Shown in pieces: positions 12,728-35,158 of a stretch of DNA of 64,000 bases (the stretch's first letter is position 1; the number at the start of each line of letters is the position of its first letter). Source of the DNA: Eledone cirrhosa (Eukaryota). The stretch covers positions 52,700,001 through 52,764,000 of the forward strand of contig OZ024750.1 in assembly GCA_964016885.1 (NCBI GenBank). Direction: 5' to 3'. The translations under genes and the position numbers were made by a program. The notes under the pieces are model-generated. The model did not search any database, was not told where the DNA came from, and saw nothing but the letters and a program-made list of their open reading frames with translations.

Positions 12728-12873
12728 TTTACTCTCCTTACTGTATTCTCAGCCGTATGCGCATGAAATTGGTCCCAAACATGAAGTGATGGTGTTTTAC
12801 ACAAAAGACCATCACTTCTTGTTTGGGACCAATTTCATGCACGTACGGCTGAGAATACAGTAAGGAGGGTAAA
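12728..12873. mobile_element. MITE-like fold-back element (about 70-bp arms, 4-nt loop)
   Basis: TTTACTCTCCTTACTGTATTCTCAGCCGTA...TACGGCTGAGAATACAGTAAGGAGGGTAAA with few mismatches. Confidence 0.7.
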
Positions 12874-12880
12874 GAACTGA

Positions 12881-12988
12881 AACACTGAAATAGCTGTCCT
12901 ACCTGGTGGATTGACTGCTCAATTACAACCCCTGGATATTTCGTTAAACAAACCTTTTAAGGCACGCATGAGAGAGGAATGGGATGAA
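12881..12988 (+). pseudogene. pogo/Tigger (DDE_1) transposase fragment
   Basis: Translates NTEIAVLPGGLTAQLQPLDISLNKPFKARMREEWDE, the PGGxTxxLQPLDxxxNKPFK motif around the third catalytic Asp. Confidence 0.85.
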
Positions 12989-15900
12989 AGACACGCAACA
13001 TGAGAGAGGAATGGGATGAGAGACATGCAACATGAGAGAGGAATGGGATGAGAGACACGCAACATGAGAGAGGAATAGGATGAGAGACATGCAACATGAG
13101 AGAGGAATGGGATGAGAGACATGCAACATGAGAGAGGAATGGGATGAGAGACATGCAACATGAGAGAGGAATGGGATGAGAGACATGCAACATGAGAGAG
13201 GAATGGGATGAGAGACACGCAACATGAGAGAGGAATAGGATGAAAGACACATAACATGAGAGAGGAATGGGATGAGAGACATGCAACATGAGAGAGGAAT
13301 GGGATGAGAGACATGCAACATGAGAGAGGAATGGGATGAGAGACATGCAACATGAGAGGAATGGGATGAAAGACACGCAACATGAGAGAGGAATAGGATG
13401 AGACATGCAACATGAGAGAGGAATGGGATGAAAGACATGCAACATGAGAGAGGAATGGGATGAAAGACACGCAACATGAGAGAGGAATGGGATGAAAGAC
13501 ATGCAACATGAGAGAGGAATGGGATGAGAGACATGCAACATGAGAGAGGAATGGGATGAGAGACATGCAACATGAGAGGAATGGGATGAAAGACACGCAA
13601 CATGAGAGAGGAATAGGATGAGAGACATGCAACATGAGAGAGGAATGGGATGAAAGACATGCAACATGAGAGAGGAATGGGATGAAAGACACGCAACATG
13701 AGAGAGGAATGGGATGAAAGACATGCAACATGAGAGAGGAATGGGATGAAAGACATGCAACATGAGAGAGGAATGGGATGAGAGACATGCAACATGAGAG
13801 AGGAATGGGATGAGAGACACGCAACATGAGAGAGGAATGGGATGAAAGACACACAACAAGAGAGAGGAATGGGATGAGAGACACACAACATGAGAGAGGA
13901 ATGGGATGAAAGACATGCAACATGAGAGAGGAATGGGATGAGAGACATGCAACATGAGAGAGGAATAGGATGAAAGACACACAACAAGAGAGAGGAATGG
14001 GATGAGAGACACAACATGAGAGAGGAATGGGATGAGAGACACACAACATGAGAGAGGAATGGGATGAAAGACATGCAACATGAGAGAGGAATGGGATGAG
14101 ACATGCAACATGAGAGAGGAATGGGATGAGACATGCAACATGAGAGAGGAATGGGATGAGAGACATGCAACATGAGAGAGGAATGGGATGAGAGACACGC
14201 AACATGAGAGAGGAATGGGATGAGACATGCAACATGAGAGAGGAATGGGATGAGAGACATGCAACATGAGAGAGGAATGGGATGAGACATGCAACATGAG
14301 AGAGGAATGGGATGAGAGACATGCAACATGAGAGAGGAATGGGATGAGAGACACGCAACATGAGAGAGGAATGGGATGAGAGACACGCAACATGAGAGAG
14401 GAATGGGATGAAAGACATGCAACATGAGAGAGGAATGGGATGAAAGACACGCAACATGAGAGAGGAATGGGATGAGAGACACGCAACATGAGAGAGGAAT
14501 GGGATGAAAGACATGCAACATGAGAGAGGAATGGGATGAAAGACATGCAACATGAGAGAGGAATGGGATGAAAGACACGCAACATGAGAGAGGAATGGGA
14601 TGAGAGACACGCAACATGAGAGAGGAATGGGATGAAAGACATGCAACATGAGAGAGGAATGGGATGAAAGACACGCAACATGAGAGAGGAATGGGATGAG
14701 AGACACGCAACATGAGAGAGGAATGGGATGAAAGACATGCAACATGAGAGAGGAATGGGATGAAAGACACGCAACATGAGAGAGGAATGGGATGAAAGAC
14801 ATGCAACATGAGAGAGGAATGGGATGAAAGACATGCAACATGAGAGAGGAATGGGATGAAAGACACGCAACATGAGAGAGGAATGGGATGAGAGACACGC
14901 AACATGAGAGAGGAATGGGATGAGAGACACGCAACATGAGAGAGGAATGGGATGAAAGACACGCAACATGAGAGAGGAATGGGATGAAAGACACGCAACA
15001 TGAGAGAGGAATGGGATGAGAGACACGCAACATGAGAGAGGAATGGGATGAGAGACACGCAACATGAGAGAGGAATGGGATGAAAGACACGCAACATGAG
15101 AGAGGAATGGGATGAAAGACACGCAACATGAGAGAGGAATGGGATGAGAGACACGCAACATGAGAGAGGAATGGGATGAAAGACACGCAACATGAGAGAG
15201 GAATGGGATGAGAGACACGCAACATGAGAGAGGAATGGGATGAAAGACACGCAACATGAGAGAGGAATGGGATGAAAGACACACAACATGAGAGAGGAAT
15301 GGGATGAAAGACACGCAACATGAGAGAGGAATGGGATGAAAGACACGCAACATGAGAGAAGGAATGGGATGAAAGACACGCAACATGAGAGAGGAATGGG
15401 ATGAAAGACATGCAACATGAGAGAGGAATGGGATGAAAGACACACAACATGAGAGAGGAATGGGATGAAAGACACGCAACATGAGAGAGGAATGGGATGA
15501 AAGACACGCAACATGAGAGAGGAATGGGATGAGAGACATGCAGCATGAGAGAGGAATGGGATGAAAGACACGCAACATGAGAGAGGAATGGGATGAGAGA
15601 CACGCAACATGAGAGAGGAATGGGATGAGAGACATGCAGCATGAGAGAGGAATGGGATGAAAGACACGCAACATGAGAGAGGAATGGGATGAAAGACACG
15701 CAACATGAGAGAGGAATGGGATGAAAGACACGCAACATGAGAGAGGAATGGGATGAGAGACACGCAACATGAGAGAGGAATGGGATGAGAGACACGCAAC
15801 ATGAGAGAGGAATGGGAATGAGAGACACGCAACATGAGAGAGGAATGGGATGAGAGACACAGCAACATGAGAGAGGAATGGGATGAAGAGACATGCAACA

Positions 15901-16680
15901 TGAGAGAGGAATGGGATGAGAGACACGCAACATGAGAGAGGAATGGGATGAGAAGACACGCAACATGAGAGAGGAATGGGATGAGAGACATGCAGCATGA
16001 GAGAGGAATGGGATGAGAGACATGCAGCATGAGAGAGGAATGGATGAGAGACACGCAACATGAGAGAGGAATAGGATGAGAGGCAACATGAGAGAGGAAT
16101 GGGATGAAAGACACGCAGCATGAGAGAGGAATGGGATGAGAGGCACGCAACAAGAGAGAGGAATGGGATGAGAGACATGCAACATGAGAGAGGAATGGGA
16201 TGAAAGACACGCAACATGAGAGAGGAATGGGATGAAAGACACGCAACATGAGAGAGGAATGGGATGAGAGACACGCAGCATGAGAGAGGAATGGGATGAA
16301 AGACACACAACATGAGAGAGGAATGGGATGAAAGACACGCAACATGAGAGAGGAATGGGATGAGAGACACGCAACATGAGAGAGGAATGGGATGAAAGAC
16401 ACGCAACATGAGAGAGGAATGGGATGAAAGACACGCAACATGAGAGAGGAATGGGATGAGAGACACGCAACATGAGAGAGGAATGGGATGAGAGACACGC
16501 AACATGAGAGAGGAATGGGATGAGAGACACACAACATGAGAGAGGAATGGGATGAGAGACACGCAACATGAGAGAGGAATGGGATGAGAGACACACAACA
16601 TGAGAGAGGAATGGGATGAGAGACACGCAACATGAGAGAGGAATGGGATGAGAGACACGCAACATGAGAGAGGAATGGGA
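12965..16680 (+). repeat. 32-bp minisatellite, at least 115 copies, running into the assembly gap
   Basis: Unit GCAACATGAGAGAGGAATGGGATGAGAGACAC. It produces the three spurious ~1230-aa minus-strand ORFs. Confidence 0.95.
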
Positions 16681-16880
16681 NNNNNNNNNNNNNNNNNNNN
16701 NNNNNNNNNNNNNNNNNNNNNNNNNNNNNNNNNNNNNNNNNNNNNNNNNNNNNNNNNNNNNNNNNNNNNNNNNNNNNNNNNNNNNNNNNNNNNNNNNNNN
16801 NNNNNNNNNNNNNNNNNNNNNNNNNNNNNNNNNNNNNNNNNNNNNNNNNNNNNNNNNNNNNNNNNNNNNNNNNNNNNNNN
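16681..16880. other. Assembly gap (200 N)
   Basis: Run of N. Sequences on either side may not be contiguous. Confidence 1.
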
Positions 16881-17040
16881 TTGCCGGTCGGCAGAAATTA
16901 GAAATTGGAATAAATGCTCTGAAATAGCGATATATATGTGAATATAGACATAGAATATTCGAAAATATTCTGTATGTTTATAATAAACATTTTGAAGACC
17001 TAATCGCTATAGAATAGAATACGTCACGTATTACAATTAG

Positions 17041-17130
17041 ATTCTCGATAAAAGCAAGGGAAGTAAATCTACGCGTTTCATTCTCGTTAGAAATCGTCAG
17101 GACTACATATCCAGTGCTTTTATCGAGAAT
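17041..17130 (-). ncRNA. Type I hammerhead ribozyme, inverted copy
   Basis: Reverse complement of 17485-17574. Confidence 0.75.
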
Positions 17131-17484
17131 GACACAGCTAGAGACTTATAGAATACTTAGCTGTGTACAGGAACTGGTTTGAAAGAGCGGTTGCCGGTCC
17201 GGCAGAAATTAGAAATTGGAATAAATGCTCTGAAATAGCGATATATATGTGAATATAGACATAGAATATTCGAAAATATTCTGTATGTTTATAATAGCGA
17301 TTAGGTCTTCAAAATGTTTATTATAAACATACAGAATATTTTCGAATATTCTATGTCTATATTCACATATATATCGCTATTTCAGAGCATTTATTCCAAT
17401 TTCTAATTTCTGCCGGACCGGCAACCGCTCTTTCAAACCAGTTCCTGTACACAGCTAAGTATTCTATAAGTCTCTAGCTGTGTC

Positions 17485-17574
17485 ATTCTCGATAAAAGCA
17501 CTGGATATGTAGTCCTGACGATTTCTAACGAGAATGAAACGCGTAGATTTACTTCCCTTGCTTTTATCGAGAAT
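17485..17574 (+). ncRNA. Type I hammerhead ribozyme with extended helix I
   Basis: GTAGTC-CTGACGA-T TTCT AACG AGAA T-GAAA-CGCG-TA^GATTTAC, enclosed by a perfect 16-bp distal helix ATTCTCGATAAAAGCA/TGCTTTTATCGAGAAT. Predicted cleavage after A17545. Confidence 0.8.
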
Positions 17575-17794
17575 CTAATTGTAATACGTGACGTATTCTA
17601 TTCTATAGCGATTAGGTCTTCAAAATGTTTATTATAAACATACAGAATATTTTCGAATATTCTATGTCTATATTCACATATATATCGCTATTTCAGAGCA
17701 TTTATTCCAATTTCTAATTTCTGCCGGACCGGCAACCGCTCTTTCAAACAGTTCCTGTACACAGCTAAGTATTCTATAAGTCTCTAGCTGTGTC

Positions 17795-17884
17795 ATTCTC
17801 GATAAAAGCACTGGATATGTAGTCCTGACGATTTCTAACGAGAATGAAACGCGTAGATTTACTTCCCTTGCTTTTATCGAGAAT
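17795..17884 (+). ncRNA. Type I hammerhead ribozyme, copy 2
   Basis: Same sequence as 17485-17574; predicted cleavage after 17855. Confidence 0.8.
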
Positions 17885-18105
17885 CTAATTGTAATACGTG
17901 ACGTATTCTATTCTATAGCGATTAGGTCTTCAAAATGTTTATTATAAACATACAGAATATTTTCGAATATTCTATGTCTATATTCACATATATATCGCTA
18001 TTTCAGAGCATTTATTCCAATTTCTAATTTCTGCCGGACCGGCAACCGCTCTTTCAAACCAGTTCCTGTACACAGCTAAGTATTCTATAAGTCTCTAGCT
18101 GTGTC

Positions 18106-18195
18106 ATTCTCGATAAAAGCACTGGATATGTATTCCTGACGATTTCTAACGAGAATGAAACGCGTAGATTTACTTCCCTTGCTTTTATCGAGAAT
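18106..18195 (+). ncRNA. Type I hammerhead ribozyme, copy 3
   Basis: Same core with one substitution in helix I (GTATTC); predicted cleavage after 18166. Confidence 0.75.
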
Positions 18196-18299
18196 CTAAT
18201 TTTAATACGTGACGTATTCTATTCTATAGCGATTAGGTCTTCAAAATGTTTATTATAAACATACAGAATATTTTCGAATATTCTATGTCTATATTCACA

Positions 18300-27850
<9,551 letters not shown>

Positions 27851-27887
27851 GATTGGTGTTAGGAAGGACATCCAACTGTAAAATACC

Positions 27888-28482
27888 TGGTGCTACTGGT
27901 AACATGTAGCCCAGTACAACCTGTCTCATGGTCGGGTCGTTGGCGACTAAACTGGCAACCCCACCAAGGTTTCTTGGTGAGGAGGGTGACTTTGGACATC
28001 CTGCAGGACTAAAAACAAAACCTGTCAAAGGGCAAAGGAGCTCTAAAGAGTCAATGGCCATCCAAAATCACCGGGAGAGATGACCCCTTAGCCTTTGTCA
28101 AGGCAGAATTCTAGGAGAAGGAAAACTCTGATATAACACCTGCAGCCCTGATGGTATCCAATGGTGTTGACTTGTTCTTCTTTTTGGTAAATATCATCTT
28201 GGTTAAGAGAGTGGGACTGGCTTTGTGCAGTGCCTTTGCTCACTATAAAAGCTTTACGGCACAGGCATTGCTTTATATCTGGAGATCTCTCTGCACTTGT
28301 CGTCACATGGTACCATGGGCCCAGCACTATGTGTCAATAATTGTCACAGGTGTAGTGTTTGTACCAGAGTTTTCAAGTCGCTGGCTGGACTAAAAAGTCA
28401 CACTCGTTCAGCGCATCAGTAGGGGTTCTCCTACATGGATATAAAGTAGTGGCCGTACTCGAAAACGAGTTGGCAGCCACCA
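27888..28482. mobile_element. About 595-bp interspersed non-coding repeat, copy 1
   Basis: Near-identical to 60810-61404. Both end at GTTGGCAGCCACCA followed by TA-rich repeat. Confidence 0.85.
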
Positions 28483-28782
28483 TGTATATATATATGTATG
28501 TATATATATATATGTATGTATATATGTATGTATATATATATATGTATGTATATATGTATGTATATATATATATGTATGTATATATATATATGTATGTATA
28601 TATATATATGTATGTATATATATATATGTATGTATATATATATATGTATGTATATATATATATGTATGTATATATATATATGTATGTATATATATATATG
28701 TATGTATATATATATATATATGTATGTATATATATATATATGTATGTATATATTTATATGTATGTATATATTTATATGTATG

Positions 28783-28844
<62 letters not shown>

Positions 28845-28883
28845 TATATATATGTATGTATATATATATATATATGTATATAT

Positions 28884-31800
28884 GGAGGGGTAGAGAGGGC
28901 CCTTGAGTCTAGTAAGACATCCTCTCTTGTGCTGGTGGCACAAATAAAAGCACCCAGTCCATGCTGTAAAGTGGCGCTGGTGTTAGGAAGGGCATCCAAC
29001 CAGTGTATCAATGCCAAAACGCTTATCAGCACAGCAACAAATGGGAACAACAACAAAATATGAAGACGTTGCATCTCAGAGTTGCAACACTTAATGTTGG
29101 CACTCTCAGAGGTAGATCTGCTGAAATACCGGAGATGTTGGAGAGAAGGCAGGTGGATGTGTGCTGCGTGCAAGAGGTGAGATGGAGAGGTGCCTCTGCG
29201 AGACTAGTCGTAGTCAAACGTCTTAGCTATAAGCTATTCTGGGTAGGTAAGGATGATGGGTTAGAGGGAGTAGGCATTTTCCTGGCTGAGAAATGGATCA
29301 ATAAGACAATAGAGGTAGTTCGAGTTAGTAATCGAATAATTAAGCTTAGATTAGTTGTAGGTAGGAGACTACTGACAATCATCTCGGCCTATGCTCCCCA
29401 AGCAAGCCTAGGCAAAGATGAGAAAGACTGCTTTTATGAGCAACTTTTGCAAACAACCGCAATGACAGAGGACGGAGACATCGTTATGCTAGCAGGAGAC
29501 TTCAATGGTCATGTTGGACAGCTCCAGGATGGCTACACTGGGGTACATGGTGGGCACGGTTACAGTTCAAGAAATGAAGAAAGACTGAGACTTCTTGAAT
29601 TTTGTGATGCAGGTACATTGACTATTTGCAACACAAACTTCCAGAAACCTGCCAATCACCTAATAACCTACAAATCTGGTGAGCACATAAGCCAGATTGA
29701 CTTCTTACTAGTTAGGCAACGGGACAGGCAGATAGTGTCTAATACCAAGGCATACCCTGGGGAAGAATGTACCCCACAGCATAGGTTAGTTGTTAGTGAT
29801 ATCTCAGTAAGCAAGAGATGGAATGAGACATATAGGAAGGTGTGGAGAAGAAAGGTTTGGAAGCTAAAAGACCTTTCACTAAAATACACATTTAGGAAAG
29901 CCCTTGAAGATGTATATGACAAAAAAGAAGACGATTTAGAGACGTATGACATAGATAATAACTGGAATTTCCTACGTGACAACTTGCTGCAGGCTACTGA
30001 TGAAACTTTGGTTGGAGCTCTGCTCCAGCCACGACAGAGAGTGACCTGGTGGTGGAACAGCACAGTAGATAAGGCTATTAGAGACAAAAGACTAGCATGG
30101 AAGGCTTGGAAAAAGGGTGGGAGTAGGGAAGGATATACACCCACTAAGAGAGAAGCTAGACGTCAGGTGTACTTAGCACGCAGGGAGACAGAGAGTAGGA
30201 GGTTTGCCAATGTTCTGTGACGGGAAGATCAGAGGCATGCGGTGTTCTACATTGCAAGGCAGTGTGTCAATGCAAATCAGGATGTTGTTAGAGATAAATG
30301 TGTCCGGGATGATGCCGGTGTACTTAGTGTCACAAATGATCAGAAAAAGGAGGCCTGGAAATGTCATTATGAGAGACTGATGAATGTGGAGAACAAATGG
30401 GAGAGAGAGAAATTACCCTTGGTAGATCCGACAGAGGGACCAGCTATTGAGATTGACGAATATAGGGTCCAAGAGGCGATTAGGGAAATGAAAAATGGTA
30501 AGGCTGCTGGACCATCTGGGATAGTTGCTGAGATGCTGAAGGCATCATGGGACGTAGGCAGTAAACTGGTTGCACGCATCATCAATCAGGCTATATATGG
30601 TGGTGTCATACCCAAAGACTGGTGCAGCAGTATTCTCATAAATTGCTATAAAGGTAAAGGGGATGCTTTGGAGAGGAGCAATTATAGGGTATGAAACTGA
30701 TAGATCAGGTTATGAAAGTGGCAGAAAGGATTTTAGCACAACTAATTAGAGAAAGGGCCAAACTAGATGAGATGCAGTTTGGTTTTGTGCCTGGGAAGAG
30801 AACAACATATGCCCTCTTCTTGGTAAGACAATTACAAGAGAGGTTCTTAGAGAAGAATAAGCCACTATACTTAGCCTTTGTTGACCTAGAGAAGGCCTTT
30901 GATAGGGTACCCCGATCTGTCATCTGGTTGTCCCTAAGGAAGCTAGGTGTTGAGGAATGGCTTGTGAGGACAGTGCAAACTTTGTACAGAGGTACTCTCA
31001 GTAAAGTCAGGGTAGGAATGGAGTTTAGTGAGGAATTCCAGATACAAGTAGGAGTACATCAGGGTTCGGTCCTCAGCCCGCTCTTGTTCATTATAGTCCT
31101 CCAAGCCATAACAGAGGAGTTTAAGACTGGCTGTCCATGGGAACTTCTCTATGCTGACAATCTGGTTCTTATAGCAGAATCAGTAGAGGAGCTAGAGAAT
31201 AAATTCTGGCTATGGAAACAGCAGTTGGAAGCAAGAGGACTGAGAGTGAATCTAGCTAAGACAAAAGTGTTGATGAGTAGAAAAGAGGACAAAACCCTGA
31301 TTCCGTCAGGGAAATGGCCATGTTCGATATGCAGAAAAGGGACTGGCATAAATTCTATAAAATGCACACAATGCAGATCCTGGGTACACAAGAGATGTAG
31401 CGGGATAGCAGGCAAATTAACAGGTAGGGAGAAATATGTATGCAGTAGATGTACAGGGAAATTAGACAGTAGAAGTCGCATTGATAGACACATTTTTCAA
31501 ATGCAGGAGGGCGCTATAGAAGTGGTGGATAGCTTCCGGTACCTAGGAGATCAGATTAGCATGGGAGGAGGGTGTTCTGAGGCCATAGTATCTAGAATAA
31601 GGACGGGTTGGAAGAAGTTTAGGGAGCTGCTTCCTTTGTTGACGAAGAAGGGTTTCTCCCTGCGTACGAAAGGCCGGTTGTATGATGCCTGTGTGAGGAG
31701 CGCGATGCTGCATGGTAGTGAGACATGGGTAGCAACTGCAGAGGACATGCGACGGCTGGAGAGAAATGAGGCAAGCATGCTCCGTTGGATGTGCAGTGTA

Positions 31801-32146
31801 AATGTGCGTGAACGACTCAGCTTAAATGTGTTGAGAGAGAAACTGTGTCTGAGAGGGATAGAATGTAGTGTACGGGAGAGGAGACTGAGGTGATATGGAC
31901 ATGTGATGCGCATGGAGGATGACCGATGGGTGAAGAAGTGCCAGGAATTGCCAGTTGAAGGAAGACGTGGTAGAGGTAGACCACGAAAAACATGGGCGGA
32001 GGTGGTGAGAACAGACCTCAGATCATTGAAGCTCACGGTGGAGATGATGAGGGACCGTGACGAGTGGAGAGATGCTGTGCTGAATAAGACCCGTCCCCCC
32101 CTTGCAAGCAGGGAAAAGCGAACGTAAAATGATGATGATGATGATG
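28884..32146 (+). mobile_element. Near full-length RTE-clade LINE (APE endonuclease plus RT), inactivated
   Basis: ORF from about 29060 to 32127: EN motifs (ATLNVGTL, CVQEVRW, SAYAPQ, AGDFNGHVG, SQIDFLL) and RT motifs (FVDLEKAFD, GVHQGSVLSP, YADN). TGA at 30218 and 31891, frameshift near 30690, (TGA)n tail. Confidence 0.97.
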
Positions 32147-32420
32147 ATATATCATTGAAATGTCCCCAGATGTATGTGACAGCACGGAGGACCTCCTCAG
32201 CAGAATCGGCGAGAGTAACCGATCTAGGGACCTAACAAACTGCATAATAGGTAGTATGGATGTTGTGTCCCTGTATCTATCTATTGACGTGGATTTTGCT
32301 GTGGAGAAATGCGTAGAAATGATCAGTGAGAGCAATGTTGAGTTCCGTGAGATTGATACCAGTGAGCTGGGACTCCTACTTAAACTTACCTATAGTAATA
32401 ATTATCTAGACACATATGAC

Positions 32421-33420
32421 GCTTAATTAAGAATGTAGGATTCACATGCAGCAGCTGTGCTGAAACAGCAAGCAAACAGCCACAGGAAACAAGTACCACC
32501 AATCTCTGGGAGGGCCCTGTAGAAACAGTAGACAGCTTCTGCTACCTAGGTGACCGAATTAGCAACGGAGGTGGGTGCTCAGAAAGTACAATAACTAGGG
32601 TAAGAACGGGATGGAAGAAGTTTAGGGAACTACTACCACTGCTAGCTGCAAAAGGCTTCTCCCTCAGAATGAAAGGCAGACTGTATGATGCGTGTATCCG
32701 AACAGCGATGTTGCATGGTAGTGAGACCTGGGCGCTGAAGGTGGAAGACTTACGTAGATTAGAGAGAAACGAAGCCTGCATGCTCCGATGGATGTGTAAC
32801 AGTAATATACGTGAACGACAAAGCATAAATGAATTGAGAGAGAGACTGAGCATAAGAGGAATCAAATGCTGCGTGCAGGAGAGGCGGTTACGCTGGTATG
32901 GACATGTGATGCGTATGAAGGATGACAGCTGCATAAAAAGGTGCAGAGCACTAGAAGTTGATGGAAACCGCGGAGTGGGGAGACCCAAGATGACTTGGGA
33001 TGAGGTGATAAAAGCCGACCTTACCCAACTACACCTCTCAAAGTCAATGACACACGACCGTGACCTCTGGCGTCACGCAGTAATACAGGGTACCCGACCT
33101 CCCATGGGTACATGCTGAAGCATATAAACAATATGCCCCCCCCCCCCCACCGCAAGGTGGTCGTGGAGGTGCCACGGCAAAAAAGCACCCAGCCCACACT
33201 GTAAAGTGGACGTGTAGGCGCCACGAAAAAGCACCCAGCACTCACTGTAAATGAGGTTGGTGTTAGGAAGGGCATCCAGCTGTAGAAATCAAGCCAGATC
33301 AGTTCCTGTATGAGCAAGGCATGGTCAGCCGACCAGACACTGCCCACAACAGGACAACCCGTCTAACCCATGCTAGCGTGGAAGAACGGACGTAAAACGG
33401 TGATGATGATGATGATGATG
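32421..33420 (+). mobile_element. 5'-truncated RTE inserted into PLE 1, with 7-bp target-site duplication ATATGAC
   Basis: ATATGAC at 32414-32420 and 33421-33427, RTE C-terminal peptide, (GAT)n tail. The PLE frame rejoins as ..LDTYD|LSNLCPTR.. Confidence 0.92.
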
Positions 33421-35115
33421 ATATGACCTTAGCAACCTGTGCCCTACAAGACCAGCAAGAGGCAGACCACCTACCATTACCTCAATGGCCAAGAAAACCC
33501 ACACAGATAGATGGAACGGGTGGCCCAGAACCATACGGACCCCGAAAACCACGATGAACTAAAGAAAATGATTGCACATGCGGTGTGTGGGCCAGCATAA
33601 AATTAACCCTTAAGGAACATATGTTCAAATTTAATGGAAAAACATATGCCCAAGAGGAGGGAGCAGCCATTGGTGTTAGCATTGCAGGCGACATAGCTAA
33701 CCTATTCATGGTATGGTGGAACAGTAGACTTAAACTTAAACTTAAAGAACAATTAGAAGACCCCTTAACCCTGATAATGTACTCCCGCTATGTTGATGAT
33801 ATAAACATCGTAGTTAAAACACCCCCACTAGAGAACAGTCAGGAACTAGAGAAAAACACAATGGAAAGCATCCAGCAAATAGCTAACTCCATCCACCAGA
33901 GTATTAGAGTTACTATAGACTACCCAAGCAAACACCCCAACCATTGATTACCTGTACTAGACACAGAGCTCTGGTTGGATACCATTAATAACAAAAAACA
34001 AATCCTCCATTCCCATTATGCCAAACCCATGACTTCCAAATATCTGATCCACCGAAACTCAGCTGTTTCGGACCATACCAAAATCAACATACTGATTGCA
34101 GATTTGGTACGGGTGATGAGAAACGTGTCCCGCATGTGCAACCCTGAAGAACTAGAGAGACACATACAACACTTCATCCACCGTATGCAGTTCTCTGATT
34201 ACAATCAGAGAGATAAAATCAGCGTGTATAGAGGAGCCAGAACCAAATGGGAAAAAATGGTAAATAATGACACAAATGGGACCTGCCCCTTGTATAGGAG
34301 CAAATTTTGGAATAGAATAGAAAGAACTAGGAATAAGGCTAATAGAATAAACTCATGGTATGATAGCAATAAATACCAGAGTGTAATATTCATCGATACA
34401 ACCCCTAGAGGTGAATTAGCTTACAAATTTAGAAGGGCCCTAGATAAACATAAACTCAATATCAAGATAGTAGAAAGACCAGGTACCTCCATAAAAACAC
34501 TTATTAGCAAGACATACCCTTTTCAAAGACCCCCCTGTATAGATAAGAAATGTATAACCTGTAAATTAAACCCCCATATTAACTGTAAAATTAGAAATGT
34601 AGTATCTAGCATAAGATGTACCGAAGGACAATGTAGATAAAAATATAGTGTACATAGGTGAGACAGCTCGTAGTGTAGGGGAACGGATAAATGAACACTG
34701 GCGAGACCTTCAAGATAGTAAAGAATCATCTGTACTCTACCAACATGCTAAAATAGAACATAAGGGTAAATTAGAGAACATAGAAATAAAAATAGAATCT
34801 ACACACAGAAAAGACGCAATGTTTAGACAAATCACAGAGGCAATAAACTTAAAAGAATTACAACCAAAATTAAATAGAAAACATGAGTGGAACAGCAACA
34901 TCACAACTTACAATTAAGGACAAAATGAAAACACACACACACACATAGAACAACCAACCAGTAACATGTAAATAAACAAATAAATAAATGAATATAAACA
35001 CACACAGACACCCGGATGTGGCGCATGCGCAGACTGAGCACACAACACACACACAGAAACAAGATGGCGTAGGGCAGAACAAAGGAGAGGCACAAAAACA
35101 AAGAAAAGAATCCCA

Positions 35116-35158
35116 GTCACTGAAGAGGTCACAAAATGTGTGACAAAAGAACTTTGAT
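35116..35158 (+). ncRNA. Degenerate minimal hammerhead motif in the PLE 1 pseudo-LTR
   Basis: GTCA-CTGAAGA-G GTCAC..GTGAC-AAAA-GAAC-TT-TGAT. G12 is changed to A; compare the better copy at 46570. Confidence 0.5.

Noticed and set aside
12919-16665. Three ~1230-aa minus-strand ORFs
   Set aside because: They are translations of the 32-bp tandem repeat, open in all three frames with the same permuted peptide.
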